Source: Bacillota bacterium (lineage in GTDB: Bacteria; Bacillota; Bacilli; Bacillales; Bacillaceae_B). Taken from it: DNA of 64,000 nt. Both the position numbers and the translations under genes were made by a program. The first letter of the stretch is position 1. Each line of letters starts with the position of its first letter. The notes beneath the pieces are model-generated. The model was not told the origin of the DNA. It saw nothing but the letters and a program-made list of their open reading frames with translations, and ran no database searches. This document shows, piece by piece, positions 17,643-26,533 of this stretch. The stretch lies in contig JBNJJI010000006.1 in the NCBI GenBank assembly GCA_051750065.1, forward strand, positions 137,146-201,145, in the 5' to 3' direction.

Positions 17643-17774
17643 TTAAGTATTGGGTTTTGTCTTCTCTGCTTTCTGGTTCTTGCTTACTGATGTTAACTCT
17701 TTTGAAAATTCTTGGGATGTCAGTGATTTAGCAGACTGAAGTCCTGATTTTGTTTTTCTATTTCTTTTTGTCAT
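17643..17774 (-). CDS. Candidate 43-aa basic hydrophilic protein (spore-protein-like composition)
   Basis: MTKRNRKTKSGLQSAKSLTSQEFSKELTSVSKNQKAEKTKPNT with a GGAGGGTG RBS 5 nt upstream. Below the ORF-track cutoff. Confidence 0.4.
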   Translation of the reverse strand: MTKRNRKTKSGLQSAKSLTSQEFSKELTSVSKNQKAEKTKPNT

Positions 17775-17917
17775 ATTCACCCTCCTTTCGTTTATGTTAG
17801 TTTTTACAGCAATACAAGCTTTATTCGATTGGACGAAGAAAGATATTTTGGAAATTTAGCTTAGCAGTTATGAGTACTTTGCGTTATAATACTAAACACA
17901 ATTTGGAGGTGTATTAG

Positions 17918-18421
17918 ATGATTATTCGTGAATTAACTGCTGAAGACGCAAGAGACTACTGGAGTCTTCGGCTGGAGGCATTACAAAAAAATGGAGAAGC
18001 TTTTGCCACTACATATCAAGAAGCCATCGCTCGCTCGAACCCGATTGAACAGGTTAAAACTAACTTATCTTCAAATGGAAGTGTAACTTTTGGTGCTTAT
18101 ATTGACGAAAAACTTGCAGGAAATGTAACGATACTGTTCAGTACTATTGAAAAGATGAAACATAAGGCTGCCATCGCTGCCATGTATGTAGATCCTTATT
18201 TTAGACAGAAGGGTCTTGGTAAAGCTTTGCTTGCCGAAGCTGAAAAATATGCAAGAAAATCACATATTGAGTTATTACAATTGACGGTTGTAACCAGTAA
18301 CCCTTCTGCTATCAAACTTTATGAAAAAGCAGGATTTACATCCTTTGGAGTTGAAAAACGTGCCATGAAACTTAATGGGAACTATTTCGATGAAATGTGG
18401 ATGAGCAAGGAACTTCAATAA
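17918..18421 (+). CDS. GNAT-family N-acetyltransferase
   Basis: 167 aa, motif A RQKGLGKALL, GGAGGTG RBS. Confidence 0.9.
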   Translation: MIIRELTAEDARDYWSLRLEALQKNGEAFATTYQEAIARSNPIEQVKTNLSSNGSVTFGAYIDEKLAGNVTILFSTIEKMKHKAAIAAMYVDPYFRQKGLGKALLAEAEKYARKSHIELLQLTVVTSNPSAIKLYEKAGFTSFGVEKRAMKLNGNYFDEMWMSKELQ

Positions 18422-18473
18422 ATTTGAACTAACCACTAAAGCTCTTGAATTCTATAATTTCCTTAATAAACAC

Positions 18474-18506
18474 AAAAAAGAAGTGAGTGGATCTCACTTC
18501 TTTTTC
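18474..18506 (+). terminator. Intrinsic terminator
   Basis: Stem aagaagtgag/ctcacttctt followed by a T-run. Confidence 0.75.
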
Positions 18507-18625
18507 GAGTTGCACACTACATTCTCTTAAGAGGGGGTCTCTCGTCACTACATTGAGAATGATTTTCAATATCATTTTATTCTATATTTATTTTTCTGTC
18601 AACTAGTTAAAATAACTTATCCGGC

Positions 18626-19378
18626 TTATTTTATTGTCTGTTTCAACGATCTATTACCGATGCTAAAAGGAACTGCTCTCTTATAGAAAAGGTAGCTGAT
18701 GAAGAAGATTGCTAAAGCTGCAATTTCTAAGTTAATATAATAAGGCTCTTTTCGTAAACTTTGTTGCTATTTGATACTTATTCCGAAAAAAACTACCATA
18801 ATTCACCGGAATAACCTGGTAATCATGAAAAGAAAAGAGCTACTTTCCCCGATTAGAGAGAAATTCCCTAGTATCCGGGGAAAAATCCGGCTTTTGGGAT
18901 TTTTCCGAAAGCAACAATATATGCGAAAACAGCTTATAATAATGAATTCCACTGCCAAACAGCGATAGAGCAGTATTTCCTTCTGGTGGTCCAATGAGGA
19001 GAAAATAATTGCTTCCGAGGATTTTGTTGAGCAAATAAATTGAAGTATCTTGATGCACAGCATAATCATTCCCCGCCAAATAGAGTGAAATGGTAAAGTA
19101 TACTCTTTTGTTTTGAGAAGATAGACAGCCATTAATGGAATAGACATATGGTGCAGAAAGAATGTTAAAGATCGATAATGAGGAAAATCGTATAGTAAAT
19201 CCGGGGTAACCATAACTAAAATTGGTGGAATAACTCGTATATAGTAATAGAATGCAGTCTCATTTCGCTTCCAATAGAAAAATATGCAATAAAAAGTACT
19301 GAATGAGCACAGTTGCAGAGGAAGAAAGAATCGAGCATCCCAAACACCATAAAAAACGACCGCCCAAACTTGGTGCTA
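18626..19378 (-). pseudogene. YwaF/TIGR02206-type integral membrane protein gene, inactivated
   Basis: Minus-strand pieces: ...VWDARFFLPLQLCSFSTFY...VTPDLLYDFPHYR..., then NKILGSNYFLLIGPPEG...GSGIHYY in another frame, then INLEIAALAIFFISYLFYK...*. Lesions are an in-frame TAG at 19376-19378, a frameshift near 19050-19090 and a MITE at 18744-18934. Confidence 0.8.
18744..18934. mobile_element. 191-bp MITE (long type) inserted in the YwaF-like gene
   Basis: Ends are ggctcttttcgtaaac... and ...gcgaaaacagct. Perfect 8-bp target duplication TATAATAA at 18736-18743 and 18935-18942. Confidence 0.9.
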
Positions 19379-19767
19379 AATCTCGGAACTAATCAAAATG
19401 ATAAGAAGCAAAGTCCCTATTGCTTTAGAGATCTTTGCTTTTTTTTTTAAGTGTTATGATAAGCAAGAGTATAAAAAACACAAAGAGAACCAACAAGTGT
19501 GTGAAAGAAAACATTTCGAAATCAGTCATTTCACCTGGTGCAAACAAAATTTCTCCACCCTTTCTTTCTTTATGTATATTCTACCTTTGTTACAAACAAT
19601 CGCACTTATTATTCTTCTATCTTAATAAATAATTTATAGGCACTTAACAATTTACCATAAATTCAGAAAACATAAATTATTCAATTTGAATGGATAAACA
19701 TTTTCCAATTACCTAAATTGTGGTAAAATTCTAAATTAGAGAAAGAGAAAAAAACTTGGGGGTAAAT

Positions 19768-21312
19768 ATGAAAGAAAAATTAAAAGCATTTGGAGTGCCG
19801 GTAGCGGCAATATTAATCTTGGTAGGAATTCTATTTTTTCAACAGCTACTAACGTTGACTGAATTGCCAAATGAAAACTGGAGCCGTTCCATGCCTTTTG
19901 ATATGGAAATGGAAGAAAAACCTCTTGTCTTTCAAAACGGAAATGAAGTCTTCTTTACTGAGGGCGACAAAGTTCATCATGTCACTGTAGAAGAAGGACT
20001 GAATGTAAAAAATGAAGGTCATATATCTTTCACGGTACCAAGGGGATATTCCTATTGGACAGACGGTGAAGAGTTTGTGACTTTCAGCCAAGGTACCTTG
20101 AAATTGGATGGAGAAAATGAACAGATTCTAGCCCAAGATGTGACAGGCGTTGCAACTCAGGAAGATATGATTGTTTTCTGGCAAGATGGAGATGTATTCG
20201 AATTGAACCCTGAAACATGGGAACCAAAAAGCCTCCACAGCTTTTCAAATGAAGTAGAGAATGTTTTCTTTGGCACCGATGGCAGTTATGTGATTGCTCA
20301 GCAGACAGATGATGTTAATGCAGATCTTTTCTACATATCTGCTGAAGGCATAGTCACTGAAAATCCTTTCATGAAGGTTGCCAACAACAAGAATGACAAA
20401 CTCGGTAATTTAGCTTATACAGTCCAAAACGGTGATATTACTCTTCTCTACAATACTCAAATGCGCTCGCAAGGGGTACTTTCCTACAATATGTTTACCA
20501 TTAATACTTCAGTAAACGATTTAGGAAGCACTTTACTAAAGCCTGAAAAAGTAACTATCATAAATGAAGAGAACGGAGCGAAACTTGAAACTCCGCGATA
20601 TGTTCAGTTCATGAAATCAGAGGAAACTCCAACACTGCTTTTCACTGCAGAAGCTCAAGGAGTAGGTGCAGGGAATACTGTTTCTCTGTATACTGGCAAC
20701 TATGATGATTCAGCTGCCATTTATGCTTCATCTTTCACGACAACAGATGGGATTTCTAACTTTCCAGTAGTGATTGATGAATCCATTGTTTGGCTTGATT
20801 ATAAAGGAGGAGATTATAGTCTTCACGGAGCTTCACAGTCTCCTGAGGTAATAGCGGCTAGTACAGAGCTATCTTCCCGCTCCTGGAAGGAAGCAGGCAT
20901 CAATACAGTTCTGATGCTGGCAAGCAGCATGGTGACTTTCCTCGTTTCTTTCTATTGGGTATTGCCTTCACTGCTTCTCTTGATTGTTATGTACATGGCT
21001 AAGCCTAATATTTTTGAAAAAGAAGAAATTAACTGGGTAGAATATGTTTCGATTGCTATATTCTCGGTGATGCCTTTCACATTCATAGATAAAGCAATGA
21101 ATGGTTACTTCTATGAAATAGCTCCTTCGTATTTAACATTTACAGGCAGCGGCTGGATCCTGCTGCTTATAATTACGGCATTGTCGGCAGTTGTTTGGAA
21201 GTTAGGCCGCGATCCCGAGTGGGGAACATTTGGAGGAGCCTTCTACTTCTTCGGAATTTATATTATGCTTTATGTAACAAGTATCGGAACGTATGTGTTT
21301 AACTTATTTTAA
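19768..21312 (+). CDS. Membrane protein: N-terminal anchor, about 350-aa extracytoplasmic domain, C-terminal multi-TM domain; unknown function
   Basis: Long clean ORF. Start at ATG 19768 behind GGGGGT. Hydrophobic segments at the N-terminus and over the last about 150 aa. Confidence 0.8.
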   Translation: MKEKLKAFGVPVAAILILVGILFFQQLLTLTELPNENWSRSMPFDMEMEEKPLVFQNGNEVFFTEGDKVHHVTVEEGLNVKNEGHISFTVPRGYSYWTDGEEFVTFSQGTLKLDGENEQILAQDVTGVATQEDMIVFWQDGDVFELNPETWEPKSLHSFSNEVENVFFGTDGSYVIAQQTDDVNADLFYISAEGIVTENPFMKVANNKNDKLGNLAYTVQNGDITLLYNTQMRSQGVLSYNMFTINTSVNDLGSTLLKPEKVTIINEENGAKLETPRYVQFMKSEETPTLLFTAEAQGVGAGNTVSLYTGNYDDSAAIYASSFTTTDGISNFPVVIDESIVWLDYKGGDYSLHGASQSPEVIAASTELSSRSWKEAGINTVLMLASSMVTFLVSFYWVLPSLLLLIVMYMAKPNIFEKEEINWVEYVSIAIFSVMPFTFIDKAMNGYFYEIAPSYLTFTGSGWILLLIITALSAVVWKLGRDPEWGTFGGAFYFFGIYIMLYVTSIGTYVFNLF

Positions 21313-21321
21313 GAACTTTTA

Positions 21322-21360
21322 AAAAGCAGCCTCAGACTCTGTTCGAGGCTGCCTTTTATT
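21322..21360 (+). terminator. Intrinsic terminator
   Basis: Stem gcagcctc/gaggctgc followed by ttttatttt. Confidence 0.7.
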
Positions 21361-21441
21361 TTACTTTATTTATAATCTGCTGATTTTCCTCTAAGGTCAT
21401 CCACCCTTAATGAAGGTGTATACTAGTATAGAGAACAAGAA

Positions 21442-21923
21442 TCATACTCCTTCTGCTGAAAATCCTCCCAGAATGTCAGTTGGATAATGAACACCTAAAT
21501 ATACCCTGCTCAACCCAATTAAGAATACTAAAAACATCAGTACTGCAGCTGCAAGAACCTTCGACCATGACTGATCATACAGCCGAAACATTGCAAAAGC
21601 CTGTGCTCTGTAAAAAAAGAAGGAGCCCATGGAATGTCCGCTTGGAAAACTGCAGCCTCCTTGTTTAACTACTGTCTCAATATCAGATCTTTGTCTTTTG
21701 CTTTATTCTTTAAGGAGCCAGTTGAAGCCTCCTCCTATAGATCATGAACCCGCTCACCTCTTTATAAACAGCTGAATAAGAATTCTTCATTATTCTGCTC
21801 CTGCCACTCTTCGACGATTGAGATGAACCCTGAAGTTAACACAATGTTTAGACCAAGGCCTATGGCAAAATATAACGTCTGCTTCCATTCGATTTGTTTC
21901 TTTTCTAATCGCTCTCCTTTCAC
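21442..21923 (-). pseudogene. PAP2-family (BcrC-like) lipid phosphatase gene, disrupted
   Basis: C-terminal piece carries PSGHS and SRVYLGVHYPTDILGG. The motif-1 region is broken by a TAA/frameshift near 21700. A separate N-terminal TM fragment starts at GTG 21923. Confidence 0.65.
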
Positions 21924-21936
21924 TTTATAAAGCAAG

Positions 21937-22797
21937 TTATTGAGCTTTTACTTTCTTTACCTCTCTTTTCTTCTTCGGAATCTTTGCTGCCGGTGCCTTT
22001 GCGGCTGGTTTCTTTTCTGTTTTCGGCTTCGTATTGTCAATAGAGGCCTGTAAGGCAGACATCAAGTCTGTTACATTAGCAGCAGGCGCTTTCTCTTTAG
22101 GCGTGACAAACTTTTCCCCAGTCTGTTTGGATTGAATCAATTCCATTAACTTCTTGCGGTAATCATCTTCATATTTTTCCGGCTGAAACTCAGTAGACAA
22201 CTGGTCGATCAGCATAATCGCTGTATCCAATTCTCTTTGACCGACTTCATCCTCTGCCGGAACATTCGGTACATCACCCGTTAGCCGGACTTCATCGGGA
22301 AAATGGATGGTTTCCATAACCATTGTGTTCTGATACACCCGTACCACAGCCAGTTGCTCCTTTGACCGCATCACAATTTTTGCTATGCCGACTTTGTGTG
22401 ATTCTACTAATGCTTTTCTTAATAAACTGTAAGCTTTCTTTCCTCCCTCATTGGGTGAAATAAAGTAGCTTCGGTTAAAATAAATCGGATCAATCTCATC
22501 AATTTTTATAAAATCAACAATTTCTACCGCTTTTTCCTCATCGTCATCTCTTAACTCCTTAATTTCCTCATCTTCTATCATAACGAACTTCCCTTTTGCA
22601 ATTTCATATCCTTTGACAATTTCTTCATGCTCCAAATTCTTTTCACATACAGGGCAAATTTTTTCATATTTAATCGGGGTATGACACTCACGATGGAGCG
22701 ACCTCATTTTAATATCTTTATCTTCAGTAGCAGCATGAAGCTTGATCGGAATGCTGACAAGACCGAAGCTGATGCTTCCTTTCCATATAGTGTGCAT
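21937..22797 (-). CDS. ku: Ku protein (NHEJ DNA-end binding)
   Basis: MHTIWKGSISFGLVSIPIKL Ku core with a Lys/Ala-rich C-terminal tail. Start at the third codon (ATG 22797), 6 nt after GGAGG. Confidence 0.95.
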   Translation of the reverse strand: MHTIWKGSISFGLVSIPIKLHAATEDKDIKMRSLHRECHTPIKYEKICPVCEKNLEHEEIVKGYEIAKGKFVMIEDEEIKELRDDDEEKAVEIVDFIKIDEIDPIYFNRSYFISPNEGGKKAYSLLRKALVESHKVGIAKIVMRSKEQLAVVRVYQNTMVMETIHFPDEVRLTGDVPNVPAEDEVGQRELDTAIMLIDQLSTEFQPEKYEDDYRKKLMELIQSKQTGEKFVTPKEKAPAANVTDLMSALQASIDNTKPKTEKKPAAKAPAAKIPKKKREVKKVKAQ

Positions 22798-22920
22798 GAG
22801 CATCCTCCAATTTAATTTGTCTTACTTTAATTTGGGGTATTATGCCGCCAGGCTATCCTATAAAAGTTCTGGAAATAGTTCTTCAGGGTCTGGGAATGCT
22901 AAGGAGAATCTTCTTACTTA

Positions 22921-24771
22921 GTGGTGATAACGTTGAAACCTATGCTTCCTACATTAGTTGAAGAAACACCGGTAAAAGGAAAGTGGTATTACGAAGTTAA
23001 ATACGATGGATTTAGAGGGATCTTAACCATCCTTTCTGAGAAAGAAATAAATTTGATCAGCAGAAATGGAAAAGAACTTCTTATTCAATTTCCTGAAATA
23101 AAGGATTATTTGGTGATGATGCTCTCAAAATATGAGTGGCCGCTTCCCATTGTACTCGACGGTGAAATTGTCTTATTAGAAAATGATATCAAGAGCAATT
23201 TCAGCGGTGTACAGACCAGGGGTAGGATGAAGACCCGAAAGAGCATACAAGAAGCAGCCGATCAAAACCCATGTACCCTTCTGGCATTTGACCTGCTTCA
23301 GCTAGCTGGAAATAGTTTGGCAAGCAACTCTTATATTGAAAGAAAAAAGGCATTGACTCAGTTGTTTCGTGAGAGAGAGATACCCTTGAAACCTGCTTAT
23401 GGATCATCTGCCCGACTGCAGATGATCCCTTTCTACGAAGAAAGCAGTGAAGTCAGGAAGTATGTCAGGGATTTTGATGGAGAAGGTTTGATTGCCAAAG
23501 AGGAGAACAGCCGGTGGGAAGAAGGCAGGCGAACATCCTCGTGGCGTAAATTGAAGAACTGGCGAAAAGCCTCTTGTATCGTTCTTTCTCATGACAGTCA
23601 TAATGGCTATTACAATGTCGGTGTATTCTATAAGGAAGAAATCATTTCAATCGGTGCCTTTTATTTTGGAATAAGTCCTGAAGAAAAAAATGCGTTGAAT
23701 TCAATCATTAAAGAAAATGCTTTTAAAATCGAAAAAGGCATATACCATATGCATCCGAGTCTTTGCGTAGAACTCAAATACCTTGAATGGTATGAGAAAC
23801 AGATGAGAGAACCTCATTTTCATCAATTTTTATTTGGTTCTAAGCCGGAAGAATGTACTTGGGAAAGATTGATGCAGGATGAAGCCTCACTTCCGGAATC
23901 TGTCGAGTTCACCCACCCGGATAAACCGCTTTGGAAATCGCCTTCCATCGACAAACTGCAGTTTCTCCGGTACCTGAGAAAAGCCTCCTCCCGGCTGTTA
24001 TTCTTTCTTAGGCAGCGGCCATTGACGGTCATTAGGCTTCCACACGGGATATTCGGAGATTCTTTTTACCAAAAGAACTCTCCTGACTATGCTCCTTCTT
24101 TTGTTCAGACCGTAAAAATCGAAAGCATCAATTACATTCTATGTGATGATTTGGAAACTTTGATGTGGCTTGGCAACCAACTTGCTGTTGAATTTCATAT
24201 CCCCTTCCAAAAAAACGGTTCAGAATATGTGAATGAAATAGTTTTTGATCTTGATCCGCCTTCAAGAGACTACTTTCATCTGGCAGTCAAAGCCGCACTG
24301 GAGATGAAAAAGCTTTTTGATCAAATGAAATTAATAAGCTTTATTAAAACTTCTGGAAACAAAGGATTGCAAGTTTATATTCCTATACAGGATGGCTACT
24401 CATGGAGCGACACTCATCTGTTTACTGAGTTCATAGCGAATTATTTAACCATCCAGTATCCTGAAGAGTTCACAACGGAAAGACTAAAGAAGAACAGACA
24501 TAACAGGTTGTATGTTGATTACATTCAGCATGCAGAAGGCAAAACCATCATCTGCCCTTATTCCCTCAGAGCGAATGAAGATGCACTTGTATCTGCACCA
24601 CTCTTTTGGGATGAAGTAAACGAAGAATTAAGACCAGAATTTTTCACAATGGAGACCGTTTTGGAGAGGCTGCAGAAGAAGGGCTGTCCTTTTGCAGGAT
24701 ACGAAGAAGCTAAAGAAAAGCAGAATATAGAAGAAATACTGATTTTTCTTAAAAGTAATAAAAATTTGTGA
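22921..24771 (+). CDS. ligD: ATP-dependent DNA ligase LigD (ligase plus primase-polymerase domains)
   Basis: Ligase motif I EVKYDGFR followed by a C-terminal LigD polymerase domain. Same architecture as B. subtilis YkoU. The exact start (GTG 22921, TTG 22933 or ATG 22942) is uncertain. Confidence 0.92.
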   Translation: MVITLKPMLPTLVEETPVKGKWYYEVKYDGFRGILTILSEKEINLISRNGKELLIQFPEIKDYLVMMLSKYEWPLPIVLDGEIVLLENDIKSNFSGVQTRGRMKTRKSIQEAADQNPCTLLAFDLLQLAGNSLASNSYIERKKALTQLFREREIPLKPAYGSSARLQMIPFYEESSEVRKYVRDFDGEGLIAKEENSRWEEGRRTSSWRKLKNWRKASCIVLSHDSHNGYYNVGVFYKEEIISIGAFYFGISPEEKNALNSIIKENAFKIEKGIYHMHPSLCVELKYLEWYEKQMREPHFHQFLFGSKPEECTWERLMQDEASLPESVEFTHPDKPLWKSPSIDKLQFLRYLRKASSRLLFFLRQRPLTVIRLPHGIFGDSFYQKNSPDYAPSFVQTVKIESINYILCDDLETLMWLGNQLAVEFHIPFQKNGSEYVNEIVFDLDPPSRDYFHLAVKAALEMKKLFDQMKLISFIKTSGNKGLQVYIPIQDGYSWSDTHLFTEFIANYLTIQYPEEFTTERLKKNRHNRLYVDYIQHAEGKTIICPYSLRANEDALVSAPLFWDEVNEELRPEFFTMETVLERLQKKGCPFAGYEEAKEKQNIEEILIFLKSNKNL

Positions 24772-24870
24772 CTTAATGGAAGATGAAGCTAACTGGTTCA
24801 GTTAACGAAATTCATTGAAAAGACTAAACAATTTTCTTTCTAAAGCTTATTTCCTAATAGGTTTCACATG

Positions 24871-24954
24871 GATTGCTGCTGTTGTAAAATGGTTGTCGGC
24901 TCCAGCTCCTCTACCAGAGAGAGGGAAAATAACATACAAAAGCAACGTCTAAAA
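24871..24954. repeat. Degenerate MITE-family remnant
   Basis: gattgctgctgttgtaaaatggttgtcggctccag...gagggaaaataacatacaaaagcaacgtctaaaa aligns with the 8164-8299 copy. Confidence 0.4.
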
Positions 24955-24972
24955 TTTTTTTTATTAATCAAA

Positions 24973-25006
24973 AAGAGGAAGAAATCGGTTAAGATTTCTT
25001 CCTCTT
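24973..25006. terminator. Bidirectional terminator hairpin (GGACGAAATC family, copy 3, variant GGAAGAAATC)
   Basis: 14-bp stem aagaggaagaaatc/gatttcttcctctt between convergent ligD and dapF. Confidence 0.7.
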
Positions 25007-25024
25007 CCTTTTTACCCTTAGCAT

Positions 25025-26017
25025 CTAAGATTTCAGAAACACACTTCTTTCCACAATTTCTTTCGCATGATCCTGAAGCTCTGAATAGCCTGCCTCTTCA
25101 TCGAACGTGAACTCGTTTAAAGTGGTATACCTTTCAGGCTCTTTCGCATCCACTTCTATGACGAATCGATTTACATAGGTTGCATTTCCTACCAAATCCA
25201 TAGAGAAAAGTTCTTCATTCTTGTGAACGATTACTCGTACCTTCCCGCCGTTATTATAGACATCAACTTCTCTTTCATACTCATTTATTCCTGTCAAACA
25301 TGTCACTAAGGTTGAGGCTGACATTGCCGTACCACACGCATTCGTGAAGCCGACTCCCCTTTCAAACGTTCTAACATAGATGCCCTCTTTGCCGAGATTT
25401 TGTACAAAGCTAACATTCACTCCATCCGGAAACAAGTTGTTGGCTCCGTTGACCGTTTCAGAAATGCACTTTTGTTCATTTGAAAGAATATGTTCATTTT
25501 CTACAATACTGATCAAATGAGGATTAGGTACAGCGACTGCTGTAAAGCTTAAGGTCTGTGAAATTTCTGGAATTTCTTCTGATATTAAAGTTTGCTTGTC
25601 GGTATTCATAGGCAAGTGCTTCAAGTCAAAAAGAACTGGTGAAATCTCAACTTTAAAAGTTGGAATATCAGCAAAAATCGATGGCTCTTTTGAGACTTTT
25701 AAATCAGCTTTCATTGTTTCAATCGTTATCTCATCTTTGTTCTTGAGTTCTGTCACATAACGACCGACACATCTCAAGCCATTTCCACACATAGAAGCTT
25801 CTGATCCATCAGAATTGAAGACTCTCATTTTTCCATCGCATCTATCGCTTTCTAAAACAAAAAGAATTCCATCTGCGCCTATTCCGTTTTTTCGGTCACA
25901 AAGCGCAATTGCCAAGTTCTGGCGATCCTTTTCAGAGAATGTATACTTTTCAGTCATTTCATCGATCAAAAGAAAATCATTTCCTGATCCATGACATTTT
26001 AATAAATTCATTTCCAT
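25025..26017 (-). CDS. dapF: Diaminopimelate epimerase-family protein with about 45-aa C-terminal extension
   Basis: Both catalytic Cys contexts are present (NSDGSEASMCGNG and FTNACGTAMSAS). Start at ATG 26017 behind GGAGGG. Confidence 0.85.
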   Translation of the reverse strand: MEMNLLKCHGSGNDFLLIDEMTEKYTFSEKDRQNLAIALCDRKNGIGADGILFVLESDRCDGKMRVFNSDGSEASMCGNGLRCVGRYVTELKNKDEITIETMKADLKVSKEPSIFADIPTFKVEISPVLFDLKHLPMNTDKQTLISEEIPEISQTLSFTAVAVPNPHLISIVENEHILSNEQKCISETVNGANNLFPDGVNVSFVQNLGKEGIYVRTFERGVGFTNACGTAMSASTLVTCLTGINEYEREVDVYNNGGKVRVIVHKNEELFSMDLVGNATYVNRFVIEVDAKEPERYTTLNEFTFDEEAGYSELQDHAKEIVERSVFLKS

Positions 26018-26245
26018 AAAAAACCCTCCAAGGAGTATCTTGTTGAAGTGGAAAAACATATAATTCCCAAGCTTCTTCAAACTATTTTAGTTACTTGTTT
26101 AGCTTGCCATATCACAGCCTGATTCGCAATAGAAAGCAAGCTTTATGTTATCAATGATGACTGTGAGTTCAATCAGTTCAATTAATGCACAAAAAAAGGT
26201 ATCCTTAATCTGAAACCACCAAAGTCTATAAGAAGGAGCTAAAAA

Positions 26246-26533
26246 ATGACTGAAGATTTCAAGTTTCATTTCACTGTAAAAAAAGTAGTTGTAATAGAAG
26301 ATGCCTCTTATACAAGAGAAGTGCTGGTCCATACCAAAATAAAAAAAGGCAGAAGTAATATCTGCCTAGAGAATGTATTTCCTGTCCGAATTACTGATAT
26401 CGGAATCTTTCCAGTACCTAAAGCAATTGCCGAAAACGTTGAAGATCCTATGCTGCGACGTATACTTCCTTTTGAGCTAAAAAGATATATCAAACCCCAG
26501 AAGCGTTTTCTTGAACCTGGTGATTACTGTTAA
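26246..26533 (+). CDS. Hypothetical 95-aa protein
   Basis: AAGGAG RBS 7 nt upstream and protein-like composition. The 3' end overlaps the convergent EAL gene by 44 nt. Confidence 0.45.
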   Translation: MTEDFKFHFTVKKVVVIEDASYTREVLVHTKIKKGRSNICLENVFPVRITDIGIFPVPKAIAENVEDPMLRRILPFELKRYIKPQKRFLEPGDYC

